Below, piece by piece: positions 43,254-53,930 of a DNA stretch of 64,000 bases. Source of the DNA: Nitrospirota bacterium. Its GTDB lineage: Bacteria; Nitrospirota; JACRHJ01. Every line of letters starts with the position of its first letter. Position 1 is the first letter of the stretch. Both the position numbers and the translations under genes were made by a program. Location: NCBI GenBank assembly GCA_963845245.1, contig CAWJRJ010000016.1, positions 168,756-232,755 on the forward strand. Direction: 5' to 3'. The notes under the pieces were generated by a model that saw only the letters and a list, made by a program, of their open reading frames with translations, ran no database searches and had not been told where the DNA came from.

Positions 43254-44843
43254 ATGACAGATAGCGGCAAGGATTTGAAATCAGGGTTGGGAGTTGTTTT
43301 GTGTTTTCTCCTCGTGTCGCTTTCAATATCGCTGCTGGTGGCGGGGGGGTGCGGCAAACCGGGTTACAAGTTCGGAAGCGGTGTGTTGGCCGTGGTCGAT
43401 GGCGAACCCGTCACCGTTGAAGAGTACAGGGCGGTCAGCGAGACAAACCCTCCGAAAACCGCCGAGGACAAGGAGAAGGTTTTAAACTCCATCATAAGGA
43501 ACAGGTCGCTTGCAAAGCTGGCTGCATCACAAGGTATGCTTGGCGACCCGAAGGTCTTATCCGACCTTGATAACTTTTATACCGAACGGCTCCCGGGCCT
43601 GCTGCGGAAAAAGATAGAAGAAGAGACCACCGTTGCCGACGAGGAACTCCCAGGGTTCAAAGGAAAGTCGAAACTGAAACCAGTGCTGTATGTTTCCGGT
43701 ATTGTCGTGAGCACCATAAAAGAGGCTGAAGCCGCACAGGCCGAGCTGAAACAGGGCGTGGCGTTTGATGAAGTCTCCAAAAAATATTCGACTGTTGGGT
43801 TTGCGGACAGAGAGATAGACCTTGGTGACGCGCTGTACCCCGTCGGAGTCAGGGCCGTGCTTAACGGCTTGAAGCCCGGCACAGTCAGCCCCATAATGAA
43901 GATCGACATAGGGTACACCATCTTCAAGCTTAAGGAGCGCAAGGAACCAGAGGATATCTGGAGGGCAAAATCGGAAGGCCAGCGCGAAGAGATTAAAAAA
44001 CAGAAGGTCGAAAAACAGATGGCCCAGGTCCTTGACCGGTGGAGAAAGACGACTGTGATAAAACTTATAGCCGGCCCGCCTCAAAACGGTCAGCCCCTGT
44101 ATACCGGAGCGGTTATCAACGGTGTGGAGATCGACGTAGACTCCGGGCAGAAGGGGCCCCACGCGCCGCACGGGAACATGAACGCCGATACCCTGAAAGA
44201 AGCTCTCAACAAGAAGGTCAACAACTACCTGCTGTCGCAGGAAGCCCGCCTGCGGGGCCTGCAAAACGACCCCGATTTCAAGGTGTATCAGAACCTGAAG
44301 AGGGAAGAGATACTTGCCGACGCGTACATGATGAAGGTCAAGGGCGACTATGTTGTTACCCCGCAGGATATACAGGACTATTACAACAAGAACAAGGAAA
44401 AGCTGAAGGTACCGCCTGTAGTCCGCGTGAGCCGCATCCTGCTGAACACGCAGGGGGAGGCGGATTCAGTGCTTGGAAGGCTGAAGTCCGGCCTTGATTT
44501 CTCCTCGGCCGCAAAGACGAGTTCAAAAGACCTTGCGACTTCTGCAAAGGGAGGCGACGTTGGCTATGTATCGCCGGAAAAGTTGAACGAACCCGTAAAG
44601 AGCGCCCTCATAAACATGAAGGTGGGCGAAATCAGCGGGGTCTTGAAAACCCAGTATGGATACGAGATCCTGAAACTTACGGACAGGAAAGCAGGCGGTG
44701 AGCCCGAGATGTCAGACGTGATGGATTTGATCAAAAAAAGGGTGCTGCTTGACAAGAGGTCCGAACGACTGGAGGAGTTCTTTAAATCATACAGCAAGAA
44801 TGTGGACATAAAGGTAAACAGGGAGCTTTTGAAGACTCTGTAG
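43254..44843 (+). CDS. PpiC/parvulin-type peptidyl-prolyl isomerase lipoprotein (two PPIase modules)
   Basis: Lipobox AGGC; F...AK..S.D..SAKGGDVG, GEISGVLKTQYGYEILKL. Confidence 0.88.
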   Translation: MTDSGKDLKSGLGVVLCFLLVSLSISLLVAGGCGKPGYKFGSGVLAVVDGEPVTVEEYRAVSETNPPKTAEDKEKVLNSIIRNRSLAKLAASQGMLGDPKVLSDLDNFYTERLPGLLRKKIEEETTVADEELPGFKGKSKLKPVLYVSGIVVSTIKEAEAAQAELKQGVAFDEVSKKYSTVGFADREIDLGDALYPVGVRAVLNGLKPGTVSPIMKIDIGYTIFKLKERKEPEDIWRAKSEGQREEIKKQKVEKQMAQVLDRWRKTTVIKLIAGPPQNGQPLYTGAVINGVEIDVDSGQKGPHAPHGNMNADTLKEALNKKVNNYLLSQEARLRGLQNDPDFKVYQNLKREEILADAYMMKVKGDYVVTPQDIQDYYNKNKEKLKVPPVVRVSRILLNTQGEADSVLGRLKSGLDFSSAAKTSSKDLATSAKGGDVGYVSPEKLNEPVKSALINMKVGEISGVLKTQYGYEILKLTDRKAGGEPEMSDVMDLIKKRVLLDKRSERLEEFFKSYSKNVDIKVNRELLKTL

Positions 44844-44886
44844 TAATTGTTTCAAGGTAAGTTTCTGAAGGTGAGGCACGAGCAAC

Positions 44887-46515
44887 ATGATTTCTTCGCC
44901 ATCAAGGCGTGATAAACTGGTACTTGCAATCTCAACTGCCGTATTGTTACTTTTTACAGCCATAACCGTTTTCTCCGCGCAGGATAGCGCCAGGCCTCCC
45001 GTATGGGTGGGTATCTACACGACTGCAGGCAAGGTGGGCCTCAAGTGGACCGCCGCCCCTGGCGCCATCAAATACAACCTCTACCGCACGGTAACCAGCG
45101 ACAAGTCACGCGAACTCATTGCAAGCACGACAGACGTATCGTATATCGATGCGAATGTACGCGCGGGCGAGACCTACTACTATTCGTTGAAATCGGTTTA
45201 TGTGACCGGCAAAGAGTCCGGCTTTTCAGATGAACGCTACATCAAGGTCCCGGTTACCGGCGGAGGCCTTCCCGTAAGGCCGCCTGAATGGGTGGGCTTC
45301 CTGGTGGAGGATAAAAGCATCAAGCTCGCATGGCTTCCGTCCCCGTCTGCAAACGCGCTCGCCTATAACGTCTACAGGAGCAAAGACAAGGAGAAAGGCT
45401 TCCAGCTTATAGGCTCCACCCAGGACACAAGCCTTACCGACACGGACGTGAAGGAAGGGGAAACCTACTACTACGTCCTGACAACTCTCGACAAGGATTT
45501 CAAGGAGACGAGGTTCGGAGATGTCCGTTCGGTCACTTTCGCGCCAAACAGGGAGGCTCCATCCGAGGCTGAGCAGGGCAGACATGTTGGAAAGGCGCCC
45601 GAGGCTGTCCCAGAGAAGGTGATAGCCAAGCCTACCCGCGCGATAGGCTTTATAATAAAAGGCAAAGACCACGTTGCCCTGTCTTCCCCCACCGACATAG
45701 ACCTTGGGCCGGACGGGAACCTGTACGTGACGGACAGCGGCACAGCAACCATACAGTGCTTCAAGCCTGGCGGCGAGTTCGTACGCGCATACGGCGGCTA
45801 CGGTAACGAAGAAGGCAAGTTCGAAAAGCTGCTTGGCGTAGACGTTGACGCAACGGGCCATATCTACGCCGTTGACGCTTATACCGGCAGGCTGCAGAAG
45901 TTTAACAAAGAAGGGCGCGTGACCCTTTTCAAAAACATGAGGGAAGACGGCAGGCTTATTGCCCTGGACCTGGGGCTGAAAAAGCCCGTTACCGAGTTTG
46001 GGGTGGTCAAGCCCGTAGTCTCGCCAAGTGGCCTTATCTACACGCTCGACAACTACAACGACTGCATTGAGGTTTACAACGCAGACGGAAGCTTTGTCAA
46101 GGCTTTCGGCGGGCGGGGCACGGCGGACGGCAAGTTCCAGGGTCCGACTTTCGCGGTAATCGACAAGTCCGGTAACCTGCTTGTTACGGACTGCATGAAC
46201 GCCAGGGTCCAGGTCTTCGACAAGACGGGAAAATTCCTCTGGAAGTTCGGCGGATACGGTAATATAGTCGGCACGTTCGGAAGGCCCAAGGGTATTGCTT
46301 TGGACGAAGCCGGAAGGATATACGTAGCGGATTCGATGTCCAACGTGGTGCAGGTCTTCGACAAGGAAGGCCGCTTCCTCTTCCTTCTTGCCGACGAGAG
46401 AGGGAAACAGATGGACCTGGGGACCCCCAACGGCATCGCCATCGACAAGAGAAGGCGGATATACATGGTCGAGAAGCTGATAAACAGGGTCCAGATCAGA
46501 CAGGTCGGTGAATAG
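44887..46515 (+). CDS. Exported fibronectin-III x2 + NHL beta-propeller protein
   Basis: YNLYR/GETYYY FN3 motifs; repeated FGG.G..G.F..P.GIA.D..G.IYVAD. Confidence 0.9.
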   Translation: MISSPSRRDKLVLAISTAVLLLFTAITVFSAQDSARPPVWVGIYTTAGKVGLKWTAAPGAIKYNLYRTVTSDKSRELIASTTDVSYIDANVRAGETYYYSLKSVYVTGKESGFSDERYIKVPVTGGGLPVRPPEWVGFLVEDKSIKLAWLPSPSANALAYNVYRSKDKEKGFQLIGSTQDTSLTDTDVKEGETYYYVLTTLDKDFKETRFGDVRSVTFAPNREAPSEAEQGRHVGKAPEAVPEKVIAKPTRAIGFIIKGKDHVALSSPTDIDLGPDGNLYVTDSGTATIQCFKPGGEFVRAYGGYGNEEGKFEKLLGVDVDATGHIYAVDAYTGRLQKFNKEGRVTLFKNMREDGRLIALDLGLKKPVTEFGVVKPVVSPSGLIYTLDNYNDCIEVYNADGSFVKAFGGRGTADGKFQGPTFAVIDKSGNLLVTDCMNARVQVFDKTGKFLWKFGGYGNIVGTFGRPKGIALDEAGRIYVADSMSNVVQVFDKEGRFLFLLADERGKQMDLGTPNGIAIDKRRRIYMVEKLINRVQIRQVGE

Positions 46516-48635
46516 TGAAAAGGCTTGTCTGGGTCCTCTTTATAACGCTTATCCTGACAGTCCCTGCAAATGCTGTTGCGGGTGTACTGAACTCGCCCCA
46601 TGACATCGCGGCGCAGAAATATACCGTTGCCGGCCGCGAGGACGAGAAGAAGAACGTCTGCAACTACTGCCACGTTCCACACAAGGCGAAGGGCGCAAGG
46701 CTCTGGGCCACCGCGCCGCCGTCTTTGAAAGGCTGGGGCAAGGTCGGGCCGCTCTGCTATTCGTGCCACGACGGGGTTGCGATAGTGTCGCCGAACGTCG
46801 ATGCCTCAAACACGGCGTTCAACCCCAAAAGCCACGGGCTTGACAAGAGTATGTTCCCGGAAGGCGATGACATGTCCGCATCGGACCTGCCATACACCAC
46901 AGGCGGTTCGGAGAACAACAACATCGAATGTAGTACCTGCCACAACCCTCACGACAACACCAACAGGCCGTTCCTGAGGGTCCCAATAAACGATTTGTGC
47001 GAGAAATGCCACCAGCACCGTGAGAATTCCGGTTATGGGATAAACAACACAGAGGGTACTCACCCCGTACACAAGCAGCCAATCGACGAAGTCGAGGGAG
47101 CTTCCCCCATAGAAGTACAACCCGAGTTCAAGGTGGATTTCCCCCAGGCCTATCCTTCCGAAAACGGCAAGTATACCGAAGGCGTGCATTGGACGCTTGG
47201 AGGACACCTCTCCCAGGGTCGCGACGGCACCATGGAATGCATAACCTGCCATACGGTACATGGCCGGGAAAGGACTGGGCCGGTAGCGGAAAAGCTGCTT
47301 GCGGTGGACCCGGTAAAAGAGCATGCCGACCTGTTCTGCGAGGGTTGCCATCGGGGCAAGCGCGGAGACAACCTGGCCTCGCCGCCGTTCCCCAACCCAG
47401 GTGGGACTACCGCCCCCAGGACATACCACCCCGCGGACGACGACACGTCGAACGGGATAGGCAGGATAGTAAATATAAAGTCTCCCAACGGCTGGGTATT
47501 CGGCAAAGGCGGAGAAGTGCTCTGCACCACGTGCCACAAACCGCACGGGGCTCTCAAAAACTCGCCGATATTGAACCCTCCGGTAGAGCAGAAGACTTTC
47601 TGTGAGGAATGTCACAGCACCCCGTTTTCGCATCATCCTTCAGGAAACAATTCCGGAGGTTCGGGCATAAACTCCGGCAAGCCTCACGCATCGTCAAGGC
47701 AGGTCGTGATCCCGCCGGGCTTCCCTGCCGGCATAACGTACGGCAACCCGACGCCTTCGACGCTTTACTGTTCAAGCTGTCACCGCGCGCACAACGCGAG
47801 TTGCAAGCCTATACTGGTTATAAATTGCGCTGACAACGACTCGTGCTCCATCTGCACGACCTGCCACCAGAAGTTCAACCCGACCTGGCAGACCGACGAC
47901 AACTGGAAGTCCACCCATTTTATGGGAGACCCCACTGCGTCGGTCATAGACAAGGTGACAGTAACGGGGATGGTGTTCGGGACACAGCCTGGATATTTCG
48001 ACCAGTACCCGCCCATCAACAAGGACGTCTGGCCCGAATCCGGCCTCTATTCCCGCTATGGCGGTGTTGATGGCAAGAGCATAACATGTTGTTCATGCCA
48101 CAGCTTCGCGGTTGGCAACCTTACCGCGGGAGACGCCGACCAGACACCATACCTCGGCCCTGTCCTCGCTCCTGGCTTCCAGCCGTCAGACCTCACCTCC
48201 GGCCTGCTGGCCAGGGCAGGGTCATTCAAGGAATGGCTTGAGAGCGATGTTTTCGATTATACGATCGGTGGAGACAGGGGGACTATCCGGAAGAGCACGA
48301 AATATCTCTGCACCGGATGCCACGGCAACACACCTAACTCACACCCCAGCGGCGGCGAGGGCTTTACCCACCCGCTTATGAACGCGAACGGCTCAAACCT
48401 CAACCCGCTGCCCCCTCCGAAGCTTACATACAACAAGCATGTGAACTGTGAGTCTTGCCATCAGGCACACGAGGCAGACAGCAGGGGCGGGTTTTTCATA
48501 CTCAGGCTGGTCGACACCAAATTCAGCAAGGATGATCCCAGCGTCCCTTCGGCCATACCAGACCCTTACAAGGTGATGAACAGGACCGATATCGAGTTTG
48601 CGCCGCTTTGCCAGAAATGCCATGTAGGTTATTAG
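46515..48635 (+). CDS. Exported multiheme cytochrome c, 14 CxxCH (paralog of 40852-43092)
   Basis: 14 CxxCH; shares GARLW, IEC..CHNPH..NRPFLR and HW.LGG with the upstream cytochrome. Confidence 0.95.
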   Translation: MKRLVWVLFITLILTVPANAVAGVLNSPHDIAAQKYTVAGREDEKKNVCNYCHVPHKAKGARLWATAPPSLKGWGKVGPLCYSCHDGVAIVSPNVDASNTAFNPKSHGLDKSMFPEGDDMSASDLPYTTGGSENNNIECSTCHNPHDNTNRPFLRVPINDLCEKCHQHRENSGYGINNTEGTHPVHKQPIDEVEGASPIEVQPEFKVDFPQAYPSENGKYTEGVHWTLGGHLSQGRDGTMECITCHTVHGRERTGPVAEKLLAVDPVKEHADLFCEGCHRGKRGDNLASPPFPNPGGTTAPRTYHPADDDTSNGIGRIVNIKSPNGWVFGKGGEVLCTTCHKPHGALKNSPILNPPVEQKTFCEECHSTPFSHHPSGNNSGGSGINSGKPHASSRQVVIPPGFPAGITYGNPTPSTLYCSSCHRAHNASCKPILVINCADNDSCSICTTCHQKFNPTWQTDDNWKSTHFMGDPTASVIDKVTVTGMVFGTQPGYFDQYPPINKDVWPESGLYSRYGGVDGKSITCCSCHSFAVGNLTAGDADQTPYLGPVLAPGFQPSDLTSGLLARAGSFKEWLESDVFDYTIGGDRGTIRKSTKYLCTGCHGNTPNSHPSGGEGFTHPLMNANGSNLNPLPPPKLTYNKHVNCESCHQAHEADSRGGFFILRLVDTKFSKDDPSVPSAIPDPYKVMNRTDIEFAPLCQKCHVGY

Positions 48636-48652
48636 AGCGTTAAGGAGAGCTT

Positions 48653-50945
48653 ATGAAGGGCGGACAAAGAGTCTTAACACTGGCCGGGATAGTTTTCCTC
48701 TTGGTCATGGCCGCCTTCAGGGGGGTTGCTCCTGCTGCAATCGGTGACGTAGCTTCCAAACACAACATGACCGAGATCCCTGGAAACGGTTTTACTACGG
48801 TATGCCAAGCCTGCCACGAACCTCATGCGGCTTCGGGAGAAAAAAGGCTTTGGTCGAAGGATAAGGAACAGCCCGGAGACAGGCTGAGGGACCTTGCGCC
48901 TGCAAAAGCGGCATCGCTCGACCAGGTGGCCGGGCCCGCGCGACTACCCCGGCATATATCTATGCCTCGACTGTCACAGTAATTCGGCATCCGCGCCAAA
49001 TTGGACCAAGGCCTTAGGGCATGCAGCGGCAAAGGTTAAGACGCATTCGACCAGGGAGATGCAGGCGGCGGGGTTCACTACCAAGAGGGAGTCTTTTGTC
49101 GTAGAATGCACAACCTGCCATGATACGCACCAGCGTTGGACCGGGACCTTTACTGCAGGGGTGAACGGGTATATGGTCAGGCCGACCATAAAAACCCCTA
49201 ACAGCGGAGACAAGGCGGTGGTCTTCACATCAATGACAGGCGCCAACTCCCTCGGCAGTAATCTGCCGGCTCACACTTCCGTGTGCGAGGTCTGCCACAC
49301 CACTACTATATACCACAAAAACACCAACTCAACCGCGCACAACGACGGTGTCAACTGCACCGGCTGTCACAATCACTCAAACGGCTTTGCCGGCCTTGGC
49401 TGCCAGGGATGCCACGGCGACCCGCCGACCAGCTTCAACACCCTGGTCGGCAGGCCTTCCAACGCAGGTACCACGCCTACCGGCGCCGTTACAGCAGGCA
49501 AGCATGCGTACCATACATATTCCACCAACAGAGGTTCGGGTTACCAGTGCACGGTCTGCCATAGGGGCGGCATGGGAATCGACACCAGCGAAAACAAGGT
49601 AATAGACGTAAGGTTCTCCGCCTTCGGTGTGTCCACTAGCGGCGGTTTCGACGGTTTCTCGCCTATAAGCGGATATACATTCAGCGCCAACAACTCCACG
49701 GGCGGGACCCTCCAGTGCAGGAACACCTACTGTCATGGTAATTTTACAGGCGGCATTACCGGCAACAGTCCGGTCTGGAATGTAGCCTCCACGGGCGCCT
49801 GCGGCACCTGCCACGCAACTGCGCCTCCCGGGCTGGCAAATCACAGCCTGCACCTCACGTCCGCCTGGGGCCCGATGGCCGCATGCGACGACTGCCACCC
49901 AGCCGGGTCAGTTACCGGGAAGCATGCTGGGCACGTGGACGGGACTGTCACATTTAAAGACGGGAACAACCTGTCGGCTACCAACGCCTGTGACCGTTGT
50001 CACGGGAGCGGCACGGCAACGGCAAAAAGCAGTTGGAGGAACCCCGCGCCGCTTAGGGGTACAACCGCATGGTGTGAGACCTGCCACAACGGTTCTTCGA
50101 CGGTCAACACAGCATCAGGCACGGGCGGTGTCGACGTTTCCGCGCCGAACGTTGACGGAGACGGGACATACGGGTTTGACTGGAGCGGGCACGGCCAGCC
50201 GGGCATAGGCCTGGCCTGCACCGATTGCCATGACGCGCAGTCTGCGCACATCGATGGGAAATCGCCGACGTACCGTTCGGCACTCAACAACTACAAGGCA
50301 GGTTATCGCCTTGCAGTGTCAAACACCGTGCCCCTGCTTGGGAATTATTCGAGCGGTAAAGTAAAGTTGTGTCTTTCATCCTGCCATATAGAGTCCAGGT
50401 TGCTCGGCATGCCGCCCGGAGGAAAACAGTCCGGCTTCCATGTACAGGCGAGCCCGATAAGCACCGACAAGTGGTACACCAACTTCAGGAACATGTCGAC
50501 CCACGCGGGCCTGTATGAAGGCAACTGGGACGATACGAGCGCCGGAGACGTCCCCACAAATATCCATTGGAACCACATGGACGACTACGGGAGCAACAAG
50601 AGGGGCCAATATATTGGATACAGGATATTCGACTCGGACGGGGACGGCGTGGGCGACTCCAACGTGACCTGCGAGACCTGCCACAACCCGCACGGTACAA
50701 GACAGTCCGCGATGGTGTTGGACGACTTCTCGCTCAAGACGTTCTCGGTGCTCACAAACCAGTCCATCAACCCTTCGTACCGTTGGCTGGGCAGCGCCAA
50801 ATATACGACCACAAGGTGCACTCAGGCGTGTCACAGCTCCGGCAACGCGTCAGGTACGGCTGGCACAAAGTGGTACAGGGAGCCCACGTCTTTGAGCACC
50901 GTGTTCGGGATCCCGCTCGGCCTTACGGCCGTACCGCTGCCATAA
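48653..50945 (+). CDS. Exported multiheme cytochrome c, 13 CxxCH + 3 non-canonical motifs (frameshift ~48937)
   Basis: Signal peptide and first CQACH in ORF 48653; remainder in ORF 48894; CRNTYCH...W...CGTCH pair. Confidence 0.92.
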
Positions 50946-51001
50946 AAGCGGTTAAAGTTAAGGTGGTAGCGCGTAAGCCAAGGAAGTATTGGAGTTCAAG
51001 C

Positions 51002-53887
51002 ATGAACAAGTTGATGTCAGCCCTGTCAATCCTCATTGTACTGGCGCTATGCCTTGATGGCCAGGCGTTTGCGAAAAATCCCGGGCCGGTCGCCGTTGAT
51101 AAAGCTCAGGCCGAAGGGCCGGGAATAAAGCTGGTATGGAAGAACCCTTCAGACGTGCCGGCTTCGAATATCAAGGGCTTCAACGTTTATCGCTCTGAAG
51201 GGATAATGGGCCACTACAAGAAGGTAAACAAGCAACTTGTAAAGGATCTGTTCTTTGAAGACAGGGGCTTGATAAAGGGAAAGGATTATTTTTACAAGGT
51301 AGCGACCGTATTGGAAGACGGCAAGGAAAGCAAGCCGACGCAGCCGGTCGGCCTTACGGCGGGAAGTCCAGACGGCCAGACAATCAAGTTGCCGGAGATA
51401 AAGTCCTTCACCTCTGACGCGCTGGGTGTAATAAAATATGCGGGGGATGAGGCCGTATTCATCCTGAATGGTGATCCGGCCCTTACCGCTGTCATGGATA
51501 TCGCGGGGGTGGCTTCCGGCCTTAAGATGGCGGAAATAAAGCCGGGTACATACCGTTGCGTGTATAAGGTGCGCAAGGGTATGAAGGCCAGGAATGCCTT
51601 TGCCAAGGCTACACTGATAGACACCAGGGGCGGCAAAACCTCAATGTCGACGCCGGAGACCATATCTTTTCTTGGCGAAGGCAAGCCGTCCATGACCGGT
51701 TTCTATGCCGGCATCGTTGAGCCTGACCGGGTGGGTCTCAACTGGCCGCGGCAGGTATTAAACGACGGCCATTTCAGCCTCTACCGTGACACCGCACGTA
51801 TAGTGGGTATTGATGGCATGGTACCGCTATCCGGCAGTATCAGCGGTGGCGCATCGGCACACATTGATTTTGACGTCGCACCCGGCACGACGTACTACTA
51901 CGTGCTTGCCAGGATGGACAGCGCGGGCAATATGGCAGAATTTACCGAGAACCTGGAAGTGCATGTCCCTGTCAAGACGCCGTCAGGCATAGAATCGGTG
52001 GACGAGGACTCAGGCGGAAAGGTCCTCAAGTCCGGCTCGAAGCTCACGGTAGCCATGCGCACCATGCCTGGCGGAAAGGCGTCGTTCTCGCTTGGCGATA
52101 CGGTAAGGGATATTGTGATGGCGGAAGCGGAGCCGGGGTTGTACCGGGGTTCTTACACGGTCCGTGAGGGTGACGGGTCTTTTAAATCCAGAGTATCTGC
52201 AAGCTTCAAAGACGCGGGCGGCTCTTCTCATTTTGCAAGCTCTGCCACGTTTGTCACGGTTGATGCCCCGAAGGAGGCGATAAAACCCTCGTCCGGGAAA
52301 AAGCCGTTAATAGAAGGAATAAAAGATGACATACAGACGGCGGCCGGCATATCAGGACGTCTTGCCGCAGGCAAGACATTCACGGTGACGATGACCGGCG
52401 ACCCGGGAAACAAGGCTTATTTCAACGTGGGCGAAGGTATATGGAAGGTCCCGATGAAGGAGGACAGCCCGGGCATATACACGGGCACGTATACCGTCAA
52501 GCCCGGCGACAATACAGGTACATCTTCAGACCCGTTTAAAAAGACATATGTGACAGGTTATCTGGAAAGCAGCACCGGTGCGGTATCAGACCCATTCAGC
52601 AGCATTGTGCCGGTGATAATCGACACGACATGCAACATAAAGGTGGAAGTATCTGACCAGAGCCTGACTGCGGACGCCAAAAGCCAGGCCAAGGTGACAT
52701 TTACCGTAACGGATGTCGATGGACAGCCGGTACGGGGCCGTCGGCTCACTGTAGCGCTTGAACCGCCGCCGCATTACACGGGGGTCGTGGGCGGAGGCGG
52801 GATGGAGCAGGGCAGGAACGACACTCAGGCGTTGGGCAGGCTCCAGCTGGATTTTGACGACCTGACGGATGATTACGGCAAGTTAAAGGCCACCTACACA
52901 TCAGGCTTCGCCGCCAAGACGGCGATGATCGTGGCTAGGGACTATGTTACTGGAAGCGTAGGCGTAAACTATATATCGACCGTCATCTCATCCTCGGTGA
53001 GCGTTACCCTTACCCCCGTGGGCAGCACCAGGTCCGCTTTGGCCGCCCGCACAGCGCAGTCATACCAGCTAACGCTGGATGCCACCCCCGACACCCTTAC
53101 CGCTGACGGGACCAGCAGGGCAAACATACTGGCCACCCTTTCGCAGAACGGTGTGCCGGTACCGAACAAAAAGATCATATTCGCCGTAAGCGGGGCAGGG
53201 GGCAGCCTGAATCCCAGTTCGGCAACAACCGACCAGTCGGGAAGGGCACAGGTCTTTTATACAGCAGGGACCAGGGCGGGCAGCGTCATCATTACCGCCA
53301 CGGAGCAGACGTCCGGGACAGGCGCGACGACGACGATCACGCTTAAGCCGGATGCACCGGCCCACATAACCGCGATGGCGACCCCCGATACGCTTCCGGC
53401 CGATGGGTTTAGTACATCTGCCGTGCATGTCGACCTTGAAGACGTGAACCACAACCCGACAGACGGCATATCGCTGCTGTTCGCGTTGCGCGGAGGGCTT
53501 GGCAGCGGGCGCATCAGCGTAAACTCGGCAATAACGGACCAGCGCGGCGGTGCCGATTTCATATACACCGCAGGCAATCAGGCGGGTATTGCGACGGTGG
53601 ACATCACTGCCGCTTCGCCTGCCCCGACCGAAGACGAACTCAAGTCTTACCGTTTGAGGATAATGGCTCCGCAGGTCTATGACAACTATGATATGACGGA
53701 GCTTGTGGTACTTAAGTGGTACAAGGCGACCGGAGACGCGGTCGGCCAAGGTGAGCCGGTTGCCGTTGTCGGGACTCCAATGGGGAGCATGACGGTATAT
53801 TCACCCGCAAGCGGTGTCCTTGACAGGATTACAGTCGACCAGGGCACAAATGTTATGGAGGGGAGGGAAATCGGTGCTATTAGATGA
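51002..53887 (+). CDS. Large exported FN3/Ig-like (invasin-type) protein with C-terminal lipoyl-like domain
   Basis: Signal peptide at 51002; FN3 motifs, repeated M.E..PG.Y.G.Y.V..GD units, L.ADG.S Big-1 repeats. Confidence 0.8.
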   Translation: MNKLMSALSILIVLALCLDGQAFAKNPGPVAVDKAQAEGPGIKLVWKNPSDVPASNIKGFNVYRSEGIMGHYKKVNKQLVKDLFFEDRGLIKGKDYFYKVATVLEDGKESKPTQPVGLTAGSPDGQTIKLPEIKSFTSDALGVIKYAGDEAVFILNGDPALTAVMDIAGVASGLKMAEIKPGTYRCVYKVRKGMKARNAFAKATLIDTRGGKTSMSTPETISFLGEGKPSMTGFYAGIVEPDRVGLNWPRQVLNDGHFSLYRDTARIVGIDGMVPLSGSISGGASAHIDFDVAPGTTYYYVLARMDSAGNMAEFTENLEVHVPVKTPSGIESVDEDSGGKVLKSGSKLTVAMRTMPGGKASFSLGDTVRDIVMAEAEPGLYRGSYTVREGDGSFKSRVSASFKDAGGSSHFASSATFVTVDAPKEAIKPSSGKKPLIEGIKDDIQTAAGISGRLAAGKTFTVTMTGDPGNKAYFNVGEGIWKVPMKEDSPGIYTGTYTVKPGDNTGTSSDPFKKTYVTGYLESSTGAVSDPFSSIVPVIIDTTCNIKVEVSDQSLTADAKSQAKVTFTVTDVDGQPVRGRRLTVALEPPPHYTGVVGGGGMEQGRNDTQALGRLQLDFDDLTDDYGKLKATYTSGFAAKTAMIVARDYVTGSVGVNYISTVISSSVSVTLTPVGSTRSALAARTAQSYQLTLDATPDTLTADGTSRANILATLSQNGVPVPNKKIIFAVSGAGGSLNPSSATTDQSGRAQVFYTAGTRAGSVIITATEQTSGTGATTTITLKPDAPAHITAMATPDTLPADGFSTSAVHVDLEDVNHNPTDGISLLFALRGGLGSGRISVNSAITDQRGGADFIYTAGNQAGIATVDITAASPAPTEDELKSYRLRIMAPQVYDNYDMTELVVLKWYKATGDAVGQGEPVAVVGTPMGSMTVYSPASGVLDRITVDQGTNVMEGREIGAIR

Positions 53888-53930
53888 GCCTGGTGGCAGT
53901 TTTCGCCAGAAAGCCGGCGGATAACTGTAT

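Noticed and set aside
50567..51001. N-terminal 145 aa of the 1106-aa ORF
   Set aside because: It overlaps the cytochrome gene in another frame; a clear signal peptide starts at ATG 51002.
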